IMG/VR virus record: IMGVR_UViG_3300009128_000013 | Length of the DNA stretch: 64,000 nucleotides | Direction: 5' to 3' (one strand) | Source: an uncultured virus (IMG/VR IMGVR_UViG_3300009128_000013) | Lineage: Duplodnaviria > Heunggongvirae > Uroviricota > Caudoviricetes | Position numbers and translations under genes: made by a program | The notes under the pieces: generated by a model | What the model was told of the DNA's origin: nothing | The model's input: only the letters and a program-made list of their open reading frames with translations | The model's database searches: none | Shown here: positions 29,158-38,445 of the stretch, in pieces | Layout: each line of letters begins with the position of its first letter | Numbering within the stretch: the stretch's first letter is position 1

Positions 29158-29637
29158 TTATGCAAGTCTATAGCACGAATATGCTGTAGCAGATGTAAGT
29201 CTTACTCTGAATAGTCCACTTCCGGAATTAACTTCGCCGGCGACCATAGCAGCTTCAACAATCATATTACCAACAGCAGTACCACCTGCGCCGACAGCAA
29301 TTGTGATTGGCTCATCTACAGTAGATGTAGCATTATTGATCACACAGAAATCAAGTGTGTCTCCTGTTTGTGGATCATTTAGTCCTGCTCGAAGAAGAGC
29401 ATTTGTAGGAAGAGTCCACGTAACAGCGCCCTCAGGATCCTCTTCAAGAATTCCCGTCAGAATCTGTGCAATTGTAAGTGTTACTGCACCTGTTCCAATG
29501 GCTGCTGCTGGAGCAGCATATTTTACTGTCATTGCGGGAGCTGAGTCTGGTCGAAAATGTACATTATTTTCAACAACAACTGAACCTCCCGTTGTCTGAA
29601 CTATTCCTTTTCTGTCTGTAATTGTCACCTTAGGCAT
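29158..29637 (-). CDS. Probable virion structural protein (possible capsid decoration protein)
   Basis: Beta-rich Ala/Thr/Val composition, strong AAGGAG SD, its own upstream motif and terminator. Confidence 0.55.
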   Translation of the reverse strand: MPKVTITDRKGIVQTTGGSVVVENNVHFRPDSAPAMTVKYAAPAAAIGTGAVTLTIAQILTGILEEDPEGAVTWTLPTNALLRAGLNDPQTGDTLDFCVINNATSTVDEPITIAVGAGGTAVGNMIVEAAMVAGEVNSGSGLFRVRLTSATAYSCYRLA

Positions 29638-29754
29638 AATCTTTCTCCTTATTTGTCTACATGCTTCCGATTCACTGGTAGTGTCAGCTGATTAAATGAA
29701 TCGGGCTTGATGATAAATATCTCGCTCAGCTAAACTTATAACCAAGTTTGTCTA

Positions 29755-29985
29755 TTATTCTTTGTCTTCTTCACTCGAAGCTTCTTCGTCTTGAACTTCT
29801 GGGGCAGATGGTGCAAATATGTTGACAGCCTTACTTACTAGAGCAGCTTCTTCTAATGAGAATACACCTCGTTGCTGTGACATTTTTGCTGCACTTACTA
29901 AAACAGAAACTCCCCAGCGCTGCAATTGCTCGCGAGTTACTTGTTGTCCGGTTTCATCTGCTTGTTGTGCCTGTTGTTCGTCCAT
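29755..29985 (-). CDS. Hypothetical protein
   Basis: AGGAG SD; AQQRGVFSLEEA-type segment. Confidence 0.65.
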   Translation of the reverse strand: MDEQQAQQADETGQQVTREQLQRWGVSVLVSAAKMSQQRGVFSLEEAALVSKAVNIFAPSAPEVQDEEASSEEDKE

Positions 29986-30032
29986 AATAATCTCCTATGT
30001 TTGAATAACACTACGCCTGTTTTGCTATTTGT

Positions 30033-31448
30033 TTATGTCAATAGTTTTATAAATATGTTGCTTCCGCATCCATAAATTTTCATCAGCTTGTTCTCATACA
30101 TTCTTTGTTTTTCTGTTTTTCCATCTGATGTTTTTAGTGTAAATCTATCTACTCTTATTTGTCCGTCAGTATACCAATAGTCTAGTCCTGTAGTTCCTGA
30201 GTGCTCAAACCCACATTTCAAATACCCGTCCCCTTCTCCAAATCGACGATCAGAATATGTCAAAATACCGGTATGATTATTTTTTCTAGCATAATCTATA
30301 GATTTAGACAATAGCTTCCCCAAGCCTCCCATCACTTGATGATTTAGCTCAGAAGAGTATCTTGCTATCTCTAGCATACCTTTATATTTTTTTTGTCTTG
30401 GCACTCTTAGCGAAATTGCTGCAACGATTTTTCCATCATAAAATAGTGCAAAACACTTTCTAGAGGGTACAAAACCTGAAATATGCGTTTTGTCGAAGAA
30501 CGTTTTTTCTTGATACTTTGTAATTTCTTTTATCTGGCATTTTCTTCCGTGAATCCTGATATTCGGCATACCCAACCTATTAGCAATCATTGATTTGCAA
30601 ATATCTTCCTTATTACTCCATTCGTCACTGAATATGTGGACTAATCTATAGCTTTGTGATAGACATTCTAATGTTTTGCTTATATGGCGATACTTGTCAT
30701 GATTAACACTTCTAGCATTTTCTGAGTGCCAATACAAACCATTTGCCTCTATTGCAAGATCCTTACCTTGTATTACTATGTCTAGTTCTTTTGGTCCGAT
30801 AACTGACCTATCGTTAGTCTTTGTCTTTATTCCTAGCGATCTAATAAAATCATTTATCTCTATTTCAAATTGTGATCTACTGGGTGGATAACAAATCGGA
30901 CATAATGATCCTCTTTCAAATGCTTGCAATGTTTTATCAGAAACTGTATTGCATTTTTTACATCTAAACTCTAAATATTGTTTTTGCCTCGAATAGTATT
31001 CATCAAGATCAGTTACTAGCTCAAAATCACCTGATCGCTCATTGATCCGTTGCTGAACAGTTATTCTATTGAGGACTTTTGTTTTACTTATCTGTGTACG
31101 TGTTTCAATCGTGTGAACTCTTCCATGGAATGGATTACCTTTACCTATATTTTTCTCTGCTTGTCTTTTGATTCTTTCATCAGTTTCTTTTGTCAAGCCT
31201 TTATTCCAAGCAGGCGCTTTTCCGCCGGACTTGCCCCCTATAGATGAAGCTATTTTTGAACAATCTTTGCAGAATCGCTTAAAACGAAATGCTACGTAAC
31301 GTGTTTCTTTTCCGCAGTGCTCACATATCGGTTGAAATTTATAAATGTGCTTAGCTGTGTACTCTTTCGATCTAAGTTTATGCTCTCTTTGAAGATGGTT
31401 TGAAAAATCTTTTCCACATGACTCATAGCTACATATTTTGCATATCAT
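30033..31448 (-). CDS. Free-standing Hef-like homing endonuclease (Zn fingers, NUMOD3-like motifs, PD-(D/E)xK nuclease, GNAT-like C-terminus)
   Basis: CKIC..HLQREH, PAWNKGLT, NPFHGRVHT.ET, CPIC, ELDIVI..AIEANGLYWH, EIARY..GGLGKLL..TYSDRRFGEG. Confidence 0.75.
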   Translation of the reverse strand: MICKICSYESCGKDFSNHLQREHKLRSKEYTAKHIYKFQPICEHCGKETRYVAFRFKRFCKDCSKIASSIGGKSGGKAPAWNKGLTKETDERIKRQAEKNIGKGNPFHGRVHTIETRTQISKTKVLNRITVQQRINERSGDFELVTDLDEYYSRQKQYLEFRCKKCNTVSDKTLQAFERGSLCPICYPPSRSQFEIEINDFIRSLGIKTKTNDRSVIGPKELDIVIQGKDLAIEANGLYWHSENARSVNHDKYRHISKTLECLSQSYRLVHIFSDEWSNKEDICKSMIANRLGMPNIRIHGRKCQIKEITKYQEKTFFDKTHISGFVPSRKCFALFYDGKIVAAISLRVPRQKKYKGMLEIARYSSELNHQVMGGLGKLLSKSIDYARKNNHTGILTYSDRRFGEGDGYLKCGFEHSGTTGLDYWYTDGQIRVDRFTLKTSDGKTEKQRMYENKLMKIYGCGSNIFIKLLT

Positions 31449-31453
31449 ATGTT

Positions 31454-31482
31454 ATTATACCCTTTTGCGGTGTATATGTAAA
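31454..31482 (-). promoter_or_regulatory. Sigma70-type promoter of the endonuclease gene
   Basis: TTTACA (31482-31477) - N17 - TATAAT (31459-31454), 5 nt before the ATG. Confidence 0.8.
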
Positions 31483-31500
31483 ATAATCATAATTTAAGTG

Positions 31501-31531
31501 AAAAAAAGGGCTGCCCCGAAGGGCAGCCCTT
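31501..31531 (-). terminator. Intrinsic terminator after the major capsid gene
   Basis: AAGGGCTGCCC-TTCG-GGGCAGCCCTT plus a T-run. Confidence 0.95.
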
Positions 31532-31552
31532 ACAAGTGAAAATGAGTATCCT

Positions 31553-33418
31553 TTAGATGATATTCAAGTCCAGAACTGTAACTGTACCGTAGAAGTCACT
31601 ACGAACCATTTTCTTACCGTAACGAGTCATTACACCTTTGCGAGGAGTGAAATCCTCAGGCGCGAATATCGTAGGAGTAACAATAAGTGGAACGTAAGGA
31701 GCATATACATAACCAGTCTCAAGATAACTACCGCCCTTATAACCAACAAGAATCTTGTTGCGTGGGAAGTAAGGATCTTTATAGACTGTGAAACGGTTGC
31801 TCAAAGTACCAACCTTCTCAGCACCCAGAGTCATCGGACCACTTACCTGACCATCACCATCAAGGCTATAAGATGGACGATAGAAAACCGAAGCTTCTAA
31901 GATAGTTGCGACGTCAGGACTTACAACGATAAAGTTTGCAGAACCACGAAGGGTCTTACGATGAATCGTGTTTGCAACGTCAATGACTGTTTCAATTAGC
32001 GTCTCATACCACTCACGAACTGTACCAGTGAAAGCTGGGCCTGGTTCAAGTGTTGAGCCTCTAGACTGAATAGCACCTGTCTCCTTGTGTACAAAGCGTC
32101 CGGGAGCACGTGACCAATAAAGGTTAGCACCGTTGGCTTGTGTAAGAAGGTCATTGAGAATTTCCCGATCAAGCTCTAGAGCAATCTGCTCAGAAAGAAT
32201 CTGGGTTAGCTCAACCTCAGCGTCAAGGCTGTGATAAGCATTCAGATCCTGAGCAAGCTCTGGGGACCACTTGGCACGTAACTTACGAGTTGCAGCCGTA
32301 ACAGCGATAGACTCAATCTTGATATCAATCTCTGGAATAGACGGACTCGGAGTTGCACCAAAGTTAGACTCAAATGATGGTATAGTCAAAGTTGATCCAT
32401 CATCAGCAGTGCTAAGAGATGGAGACTGTGGTATAATCACATCTAAGTTACCATTGTCTGTAGTTGTAACAACACCAGAAACAACCATTAGCATTGCTGC
32501 ATTGGCTGTAGCAGTCGTAACTAAAGGATCAGAAGTAAACTTGCTACTAGCAAATGTACCCAGCTGATTCAAACGTCTAACATTTACAATGTTGTTACCA
32601 TCTTGGACACCAGCACGCACATTCTTGACACCCGCGCTTGAGCCACCGTTAAGATGCAAAGCAAACTCTTTGACCAGACTAAGATCTGCATTACCAAATC
32701 CAGTAGTTAAGTCAACAATTGCTAGTGAATAACGTCCTGTTCCATCTTCAATATCGCTAGTGATTTGAGGATCGAATTGAAGAAGTCTTCCATCTGAACC
32801 TGATGTTGTCATCACCTTAGCAACAGAATAAATCTGCTTAGATGTTCCACCCATAGCACCAGAAGCACTAAGTGTAACGCCGGCGACATTTTCATGAACT
32901 CTAGAGAATCCTACACCAGCTAGATCATACTGACCACCAACTGCAAGTGAACCAGAACGGACACCCTTACCAGTTGGGCTGTTATAGATAGATGATCCAG
33001 ATGGGTAAATAGATACACCGTCTGAAACGTCGCTTATGTTCGTTTCTTCAGATCCGTACGTATAGTCCAGATAGAAAAGAAGCCCCGAAGGAAGACTCAT
33101 CGGCTGAATTGATACCAACTCATTTGCAACTAGTCCGCCGAAAACACGACGTACAAGTGGGAATGCGATGTTTGTGAAACCGCGTAGGTCGCCAGAGGTA
33201 GCAAGTGCACCTCCACCCGTAGAGAGTGAGGAAGCTTCCTTAAGGACTTGCGCTGCCTGATTCTCGAGCATGCGTGACATGTTTTCACGATGTACACCCT
33301 CGAGGCCACGAAGAAGACCCGTACGGGCCCATTTTTCTATCAACCTACGATTTTGAGATCCCAGGTGGCGCTGGCGAATCCCTTCAGTAAGTTGATCTAG
33401 TGAAAAGCTTTTGCTCAT
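31553..33418 (-). CDS. Major capsid protein (T4 gp23-like)
   Basis: FPLVRRVF, VSIQPMSLPSGLLFYL, TRKLRAKWSPELAQDLNAYHSLDAEVEL, YAPYVPL, FTPRKGVMTRY. Confidence 0.97.
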   Translation of the reverse strand: MSKSFSLDQLTEGIRQRHLGSQNRRLIEKWARTGLLRGLEGVHRENMSRMLENQAAQVLKEASSLSTGGGALATSGDLRGFTNIAFPLVRRVFGGLVANELVSIQPMSLPSGLLFYLDYTYGSEETNISDVSDGVSIYPSGSSIYNSPTGKGVRSGSLAVGGQYDLAGVGFSRVHENVAGVTLSASGAMGGTSKQIYSVAKVMTTSGSDGRLLQFDPQITSDIEDGTGRYSLAIVDLTTGFGNADLSLVKEFALHLNGGSSAGVKNVRAGVQDGNNIVNVRRLNQLGTFASSKFTSDPLVTTATANAAMLMVVSGVVTTTDNGNLDVIIPQSPSLSTADDGSTLTIPSFESNFGATPSPSIPEIDIKIESIAVTAATRKLRAKWSPELAQDLNAYHSLDAEVELTQILSEQIALELDREILNDLLTQANGANLYWSRAPGRFVHKETGAIQSRGSTLEPGPAFTGTVREWYETLIETVIDVANTIHRKTLRGSANFIVVSPDVATILEASVFYRPSYSLDGDGQVSGPMTLGAEKVGTLSNRFTVYKDPYFPRNKILVGYKGGSYLETGYVYAPYVPLIVTPTIFAPEDFTPRKGVMTRYGKKMVRSDFYGTVTVLDLNII

Positions 33419-33464
33419 TTTGTATTTCTCCTAATAAGCTTAAATTGTTTAGTTGAGGTTTAGA

Positions 33465-35153
33465 TTAATTGTCCTTGTTGAGACCAGCAAGAACTGCCCA
33501 TCTATCCACCTCAGCCCCACTATTGGCGGGAGAGCCCGACCGGGTTGATCTGGAGGATGATCCGACAAGCCGTCTAGACGCACCTTCACTTAGGCTCTTT
33601 TTATTAGCACCTTTATCTAGTGACGTTGTCAGGCTCTTGTACAACAGCTTAGCTTCTCTGAGCGTCTTGGCATTATCTAGGGCTTCGACAATTGCTCTTT
33701 GTTGTTTGGCTGTAAGATTGCGATTTTGCATAAGCTTATTCGCGTAAAGTAGTTTTGCGTTGAAAAGATTCATCTCAGTGAGCTGCCCCTTAAGAGCAGA
33801 TACGGCGAGTTTGTGCTCAGCTAAGTTTCTTTTCATGTCACGCGTCTGACGACTTTCGGATACACGACTACGAGATCCTTGTGTTCGCCTTCGTCTGGAT
33901 TGCATGCGACGTCTTCTGCGGAAAGACTCTGGCATTGCGTCTCCACCGGGAGGTTGACTTGCACCAGCAGTTGGCATTGATACGTCACCAAGCTCATCTG
34001 CTAGGGCGTTAAGCAAATCGTCTTCGTCGACATCAATAAACATTTCATCTTCAGCAGATCCGCCGCCAAAAGAAGTGTCACCTGAACCATCGACCGGGTC
34101 GTTTTCATTTAGTCTTCGATTTCTCATTTTGCGCAGTGCACTTCGAAGAGCAGACTCATCAATTTCATATGTTTCTTCCATGGGGTCTTCTTCCTCCCCT
34201 CCCAAATCTAGGACTTCTTCGTCAGGCATATCGGATTCCTCACCCTCGCCTCCGACGACAACGTCTAGACCAAGTGCTAACCCTAGATCTTCAATAGCAG
34301 ACGTAGCAGCATCAACGTCGACGTCTTCTTCTTCGTCAGATACTTCTTCTTCATCTGCTATCTCATCATCAAAGACTTCCTCGTCTTCCTCGAGGAATAC
34401 TGACATTTCGTCCATGTCTTTGGCAGATGTCTTATCTGCTGAATCATCTTCGAATAAGTAATCGAAGATATCTTTATTGTTTCGCCCTGCCATTTTTTTC
34501 ATCTCCTTAATGATAAGATCAATGCGTGTTTTATCCAAGGCTTGTAAGCCTTGTCTATGCTCAGTAAGTATCACTTCGCGGCGTAAAGTTACTGCTTCAC
34601 GTGCGAGAGATTCAAAAATCTTTGCTACTTTTTTCTTCTGAGATATTGTTCCACTCTGTCGTGCAACAGGATATCCTCTACGTAAAAGTGACCACCTACG
34701 TTCTAGAGAATCAACATTCTCAGTTAATTGTGTACTTTTACCTCGCGTTTTTACAATATTTGCGAGGGCTTCAGCAATTTCTTGACCAAGAATAAGATCA
34801 TCTTCGTCTTCTTCGCCGGCCTGAACTTCAATAGATATATCGCCTACATCAACTGAAATGCCTCCGTCCGGACTTACTTTTACTGCAGTTTCAGAGTCGT
34901 CTCCAGTCATTTCATAAGTTGACATTTCTTCATCTTCATAATTCTCACCAGACAGTGTATCTAAGTCGACAACAACGTCTTCATTATCCATTGACACATC
35001 ATTGTGAGAATCCTCGCCCAACAGTTGCATTTCAATTAGCTCACGTATGCGAGGTGATACCGCATCAATTATTTTATTTTTAGCACTTTGCTCTGCCATC
35101 TCTCTGAGCTTTCGAGCGTCAGCGATCGCTTCATGGTAAATAGTTTGACTCAT
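33465..35153 (-). CDS. Prohead scaffold/core protein
   Basis: Highly acidic and coiled-coil, directly upstream of the capsid gene; EMNLFNAKLLYANKL, EAKLLY. Confidence 0.75.
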   Translation of the reverse strand: MSQTIYHEAIADARKLREMAEQSAKNKIIDAVSPRIRELIEMQLLGEDSHNDVSMDNEDVVVDLDTLSGENYEDEEMSTYEMTGDDSETAVKVSPDGGISVDVGDISIEVQAGEEDEDDLILGQEIAEALANIVKTRGKSTQLTENVDSLERRWSLLRRGYPVARQSGTISQKKKVAKIFESLAREAVTLRREVILTEHRQGLQALDKTRIDLIIKEMKKMAGRNNKDIFDYLFEDDSADKTSAKDMDEMSVFLEEDEEVFDDEIADEEEVSDEEEDVDVDAATSAIEDLGLALGLDVVVGGEGEESDMPDEEVLDLGGEEEDPMEETYEIDESALRSALRKMRNRRLNENDPVDGSGDTSFGGGSAEDEMFIDVDEDDLLNALADELGDVSMPTAGASQPPGGDAMPESFRRRRRMQSRRRRTQGSRSRVSESRQTRDMKRNLAEHKLAVSALKGQLTEMNLFNAKLLYANKLMQNRNLTAKQQRAIVEALDNAKTLREAKLLYKSLTTSLDKGANKKSLSEGASRRLVGSSSRSTRSGSPANSGAEVDRWAVLAGLNKDN

Positions 35154-35206
35154 CGTACCTCTCTTGAATATTCCTGACTTAAATATATGTCAGCTATTGA
35201 TTTTTT

Positions 35207-35428
35207 TTAATGTATTTTGTTTTGTTTATTAATCTTTGAAAGACACCTTTGTTTTGATGCTGACTTTTTTCTTCTTCGTTTTTCGCTTTTTGATTCATAA
35301 TATTGTTTTTTCTTGTAATCTTGAAGTACATTTTCTTTCTTGCACTTGCGAATAAAGACACGTATTAGCTGCTCTGAGGTTTTTACTCTTCCTCCTAATT
35401 TTGCTGTTACATGTGCTGGTTTAGACAT
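35207..35428 (-). CDS. rpsU: Phage-encoded ribosomal protein bS21
   Basis: 73 aa, basic; EQLIRVFIRKCKKENVLQDYKKKQYYESKSEKRRRKK matches the bS21 pattern. Confidence 0.85.
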   Translation of the reverse strand: MSKPAHVTAKLGGRVKTSEQLIRVFIRKCKKENVLQDYKKKQYYESKSEKRRRKKSASKQRCLSKINKQNKIH

Positions 35429-36069
35429 TATTCCCCTCTCGGACGTTTGTTATGCTTAATCAGATTGTATGTTTTTTCGTCGTCTATGAAATCTTTAAGA
35501 TTAAAATTTCTAACACTATCTATTTCGTCATCTGACAAGTCGTCTATATCAGCATCATATATCGATGCTATTTTGGGTGCTCGAGAATATCCATACTGTG
35601 TACCAGTTCTTTTATAATTCCCAACAGAAAAGGGAAAAGAAGAACCTGACCTTCCAATAGAAGCACTGGCACCCTTAGTATTTTTATAAGCACTCGGAAC
35701 AGGCGACATTGATTTAGCTGCTACATCGACCTCGCTTAATATATTATCCGGGCGGGCAAAGCAATCAGAAAGCTTAGTATTACCTGCTACAAAATAAAAA
35801 GAATCAGCAGAATTGCCTGCCATTGAGTCATTTCTAACTAATGGAGGAACTTTTTTTCTCACCCCCTTTTGTTCCTCTTCAGTTGCCGGTTCTAAATCAT
35901 CATATGGATCCGGATCTAGATACGGGTAAAATGTTGAATATGTCCTTGGTTCAAATCGTCCGGAGGGCTCAAGAACACCGTAGCCCAACCCTTTTTTGTC
36001 GTCATGACTTCTAACCATAGACTTTCGAAAGTGGCCTTGTTTTTCGTCAATCTTGATTTTGCAAGTCAA
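35428..36069 (-). CDS. Hypothetical protein
   Basis: 213-aa ORF whose stop overlaps the bS21 start (TAATG). Confidence 0.6.
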   Translation of the reverse strand: MTCKIKIDEKQGHFRKSMVRSHDDKKGLGYGVLEPSGRFEPRTYSTFYPYLDPDPYDDLEPATEEEQKGVRKKVPPLVRNDSMAGNSADSFYFVAGNTKLSDCFARPDNILSEVDVAAKSMSPVPSAYKNTKGASASIGRSGSSFPFSVGNYKRTGTQYGYSRAPKIASIYDADIDDLSDDEIDSVRNFNLKDFIDDEKTYNLIKHNKRPRGE

Positions 36070-36078
36070 AAAGTATTC

Positions 36079-36639
36079 CTATCCTATTAGTGTAGCTAGT
36101 GATGGAATTCCTGAAGACGCTAGGGACTGTCTAGTCTCTAGAATTTCTTTTGTTTTTGCTCTTATATCAACTGATGTTTTACTAGGTTGACTGTCAATAT
36201 CATCAGCAGATGGGCCTGTAAACGGCGCGCGAGTTTCTGATGTTGGTTGTGATGTTGACAATGATCCTGCAGGTGCTGATGGTGATATTACCGCCGGGGT
36301 GAAGCTATTACCAATTAGATTGGGCTCGTCACCATTCGGCCAGAGCTCAGATATATTGGGTGCCGAGCCTATTCCCGTCTCTGCTTGAGAATAATTGCGA
36401 CTGTACCCATTTAGTCCCCAATACCCTACACTAGCTGGTGTTCCGTCTGTGTTGACCACCTGTGAGCTCATTACAGTATTACTAAACACTTCAAGGGGAT
36501 CATACTGTGTGTATAGCGGTGAGTCAGGAAATTGTAACTCGAGTCTAGCTCGATCGGACTTGCCGCTTACAGCTCCCTCTAGAACAGATGCTTCGTCTGA
36601 TTCAACAGGATAAACTGTATTGTGTGTCATCCTTGGCAT
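36079..36639 (-). CDS. Pro/Ser-rich hypothetical protein, paralog of 36666..37142
   Basis: Shared TV.P, GKS...L...SP and SP..GSL..S.QP segments. Confidence 0.7.
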   Translation of the reverse strand: MPRMTHNTVYPVESDEASVLEGAVSGKSDRARLELQFPDSPLYTQYDPLEVFSNTVMSSQVVNTDGTPASVGYWGLNGYSRNYSQAETGIGSAPNISELWPNGDEPNLIGNSFTPAVISPSAPAGSLSTSQPTSETRAPFTGPSADDIDSQPSKTSVDIRAKTKEILETRQSLASSGIPSLATLIG

Positions 36640-36665
36640 CTGTCTAGTTCCCTCTCACCTAAATA

Positions 36666-37142
36666 CTATTTAGTACTTTTGCCCATAATATATGCACCCA
36701 AAGTCTGGCCAGAAATCTTCTCTGAAGAATTCTTTGGTGTTAGCTGAGAGCCTACACCTGTGCCCCATGTGTCAGATGGTGTTTGTCCAAACCCTTCGGG
36801 TGGATCAGGCTGATCAGATGGGTTGAGACTGCCGGGGCCTGGTGATGACACATTTGGAACATATGGGCTAGCTGGAAGTCCACCGCCTCCAGTGGCAACT
36901 GAATTCATATCAGGAGCATCAGAATATGAAGTATCAAATTCACCAAATGTATGCCCAGCGTCATTTATAATAGCATCTAAAACGTCAGATTGAAATTGTT
37001 CACGAATAGTATCGTCATCTATTTCACCTGAATGTATTGGCGATGCTCCGTAGGCTGATGCTAACTGATTCGATCCGGATTTACCAAGACTTCTATCAGA
37101 CGTTGGGGGTGTTACTGTGCCTTGTTTATGCGTGGGCATCAC
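36666..37142 (-). CDS. Pro/Ser/Gly-rich hypothetical protein
   Basis: AGGAG SD; 158 aa. Confidence 0.7.
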   Translation of the reverse strand: MMPTHKQGTVTPPTSDRSLGKSGSNQLASAYGASPIHSGEIDDDTIREQFQSDVLDAIINDAGHTFGEFDTSYSDAPDMNSVATGGGGLPASPYVPNVSSPGPGSLNPSDQPDPPEGFGQTPSDTWGTGVGSQLTPKNSSEKISGQTLGAYIMGKSTK

Positions 37143-37163
37143 TTTCTCCTAAAAATATTTTTG

Positions 37164-37454
37164 TTATCTAATACGACGAAGAACCCGGGTTCGGATTTTT
37201 TTCTTCGCTTCAGCAATTCTAACTAACTTTTTCTTGAGGCGTTTTTCGTGAATTTTCAATGCCTTCATATGATCTATGTCTTTTTCTAGAGTGTCTGCCA
37301 ATTTATCAGCGTCTACCTCATCTGGCGAAACTTTTTCTGGGTGTACGATTCCAGATGATACTGGATCTGATGTTTCTCTCATGATTCTTTTTCTTTCTTG
37401 CATGACCATCTTGCGAAGAAGAGAAGGTGTGAGTTTACGAATGCGTTTTGACAT
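37164..37454 (-). CDS. Hypothetical basic protein (start reassigned to MSKRIRK)
   Basis: AGGAG SD precedes the ATG at 37454 within ORF 37164..37490. Confidence 0.65.
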   Translation of the reverse strand: MSKRIRKLTPSLLRKMVMQERKRIMRETSDPVSSGIVHPEKVSPDEVDADKLADTLEKDIDHMKALKIHEKRLKKKLVRIAEAKKKIRTRVLRRIR

Positions 37455-37531
37455 TATGTTCTCCTGTGACAAAAGCCTACGCCTATACATATCAGTTTGA
37501 AAAGAAATCTTCTAGATATAGAATAATTTTT

Positions 37532-37978
37532 CTATTTTCCCGGGAATGCTAACGCTGCCCAATTTTTAGAAGACTCAGAAAAAAGATCTACATTTGATAT
37601 ATCTCCGCCAGGCGCGTCAAAAGCTTCTGCCATACTAGTCATGCTTTGTCCACGACCACGAGGCTCTGAATTAATCTGTTCTTGCAGCGTTGTTGCAGCT
37701 GTATCGGCAAAAATAGATGACATTATGGGGTCTGACGTTACTGCAGCGACTCTTTTATCAATTGATTCCTGATAATTGTTATTATACCTGACTTCATCTA
37801 GAGACGAATTTTTTAAAACATGTTTTTTCTTGCTTTTGAAGCTATTCGTTTTGTGGGTGTGCGGGGTCTTTGACTCCATCACATGTGAAGATGAGCTAGA
37901 TGAAATACCCTCTTCAAGAATTTCAACTAAGCACTCTTTGACTAGTGACTTTAATTTCGATCTCGTTAATTTAGCCAT
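37532..37978 (-). CDS. Hypothetical head-cluster protein
   Basis: N-terminal LKSLVKECLVEILEE. Confidence 0.7.
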   Translation of the reverse strand: MAKLTRSKLKSLVKECLVEILEEGISSSSSSHVMESKTPHTHKTNSFKSKKKHVLKNSSLDEVRYNNNYQESIDKRVAAVTSDPIMSSIFADTAATTLQEQINSEPRGRGQSMTSMAEAFDAPGGDISNVDLFSESSKNWAALAFPGK

Positions 37979-37980
37979 TT

Positions 37981-38445
37981 TTAGCCCACTCCTTCAAACC
38001 CATCAGAACCTGTAAGCACTGGGAATAGCTCTCTATGAACAGTTGTCAATCCAGCAATAACAGTAAACGTGGAATTAGCTGATCCATCTCGTATAAAATA
38101 CATGTCTTTTGTTCTTATCTGCATCCGAGGAGTTTGTGTGTTGCCTGGCACGACAAAATAATTTCTGCTTTGTGCATTAGTCTGTGGACCTTCTTTATTT
38201 CCAGCAGCATAGGATCCTGAAATTCCTCCGCCTCCCTGCACACCATTTGACGTGAATCCTACTCTCATATCAGATCCTGACGCTGCTAAATTTCTAATTA
38301 CTACCCACTGTGACACATGAGGAAATTCTAATTTTATTGGTGAGTCTTGAACTTCATCGCTTACTGATCTCGTCACGTATGGTATACCTGAAACTTGATA
38401 CTCAGGTACGTAATTTGGCCCGGGCCTTGGATTTTCTAAAGGCAT
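37981..38445 (-). CDS. Hypothetical, probably virion protein
   Basis: YQVSGIPYV; beta-rich; in the head cluster. Confidence 0.65.
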   Translation of the reverse strand: MPLENPRPGPNYVPEYQVSGIPYVTRSVSDEVQDSPIKLEFPHVSQWVVIRNLAASGSDMRVGFTSNGVQGGGGISGSYAAGNKEGPQTNAQSRNYFVVPGNTQTPRMQIRTKDMYFIRDGSANSTFTVIAGLTTVHRELFPVLTGSDGFEGVG

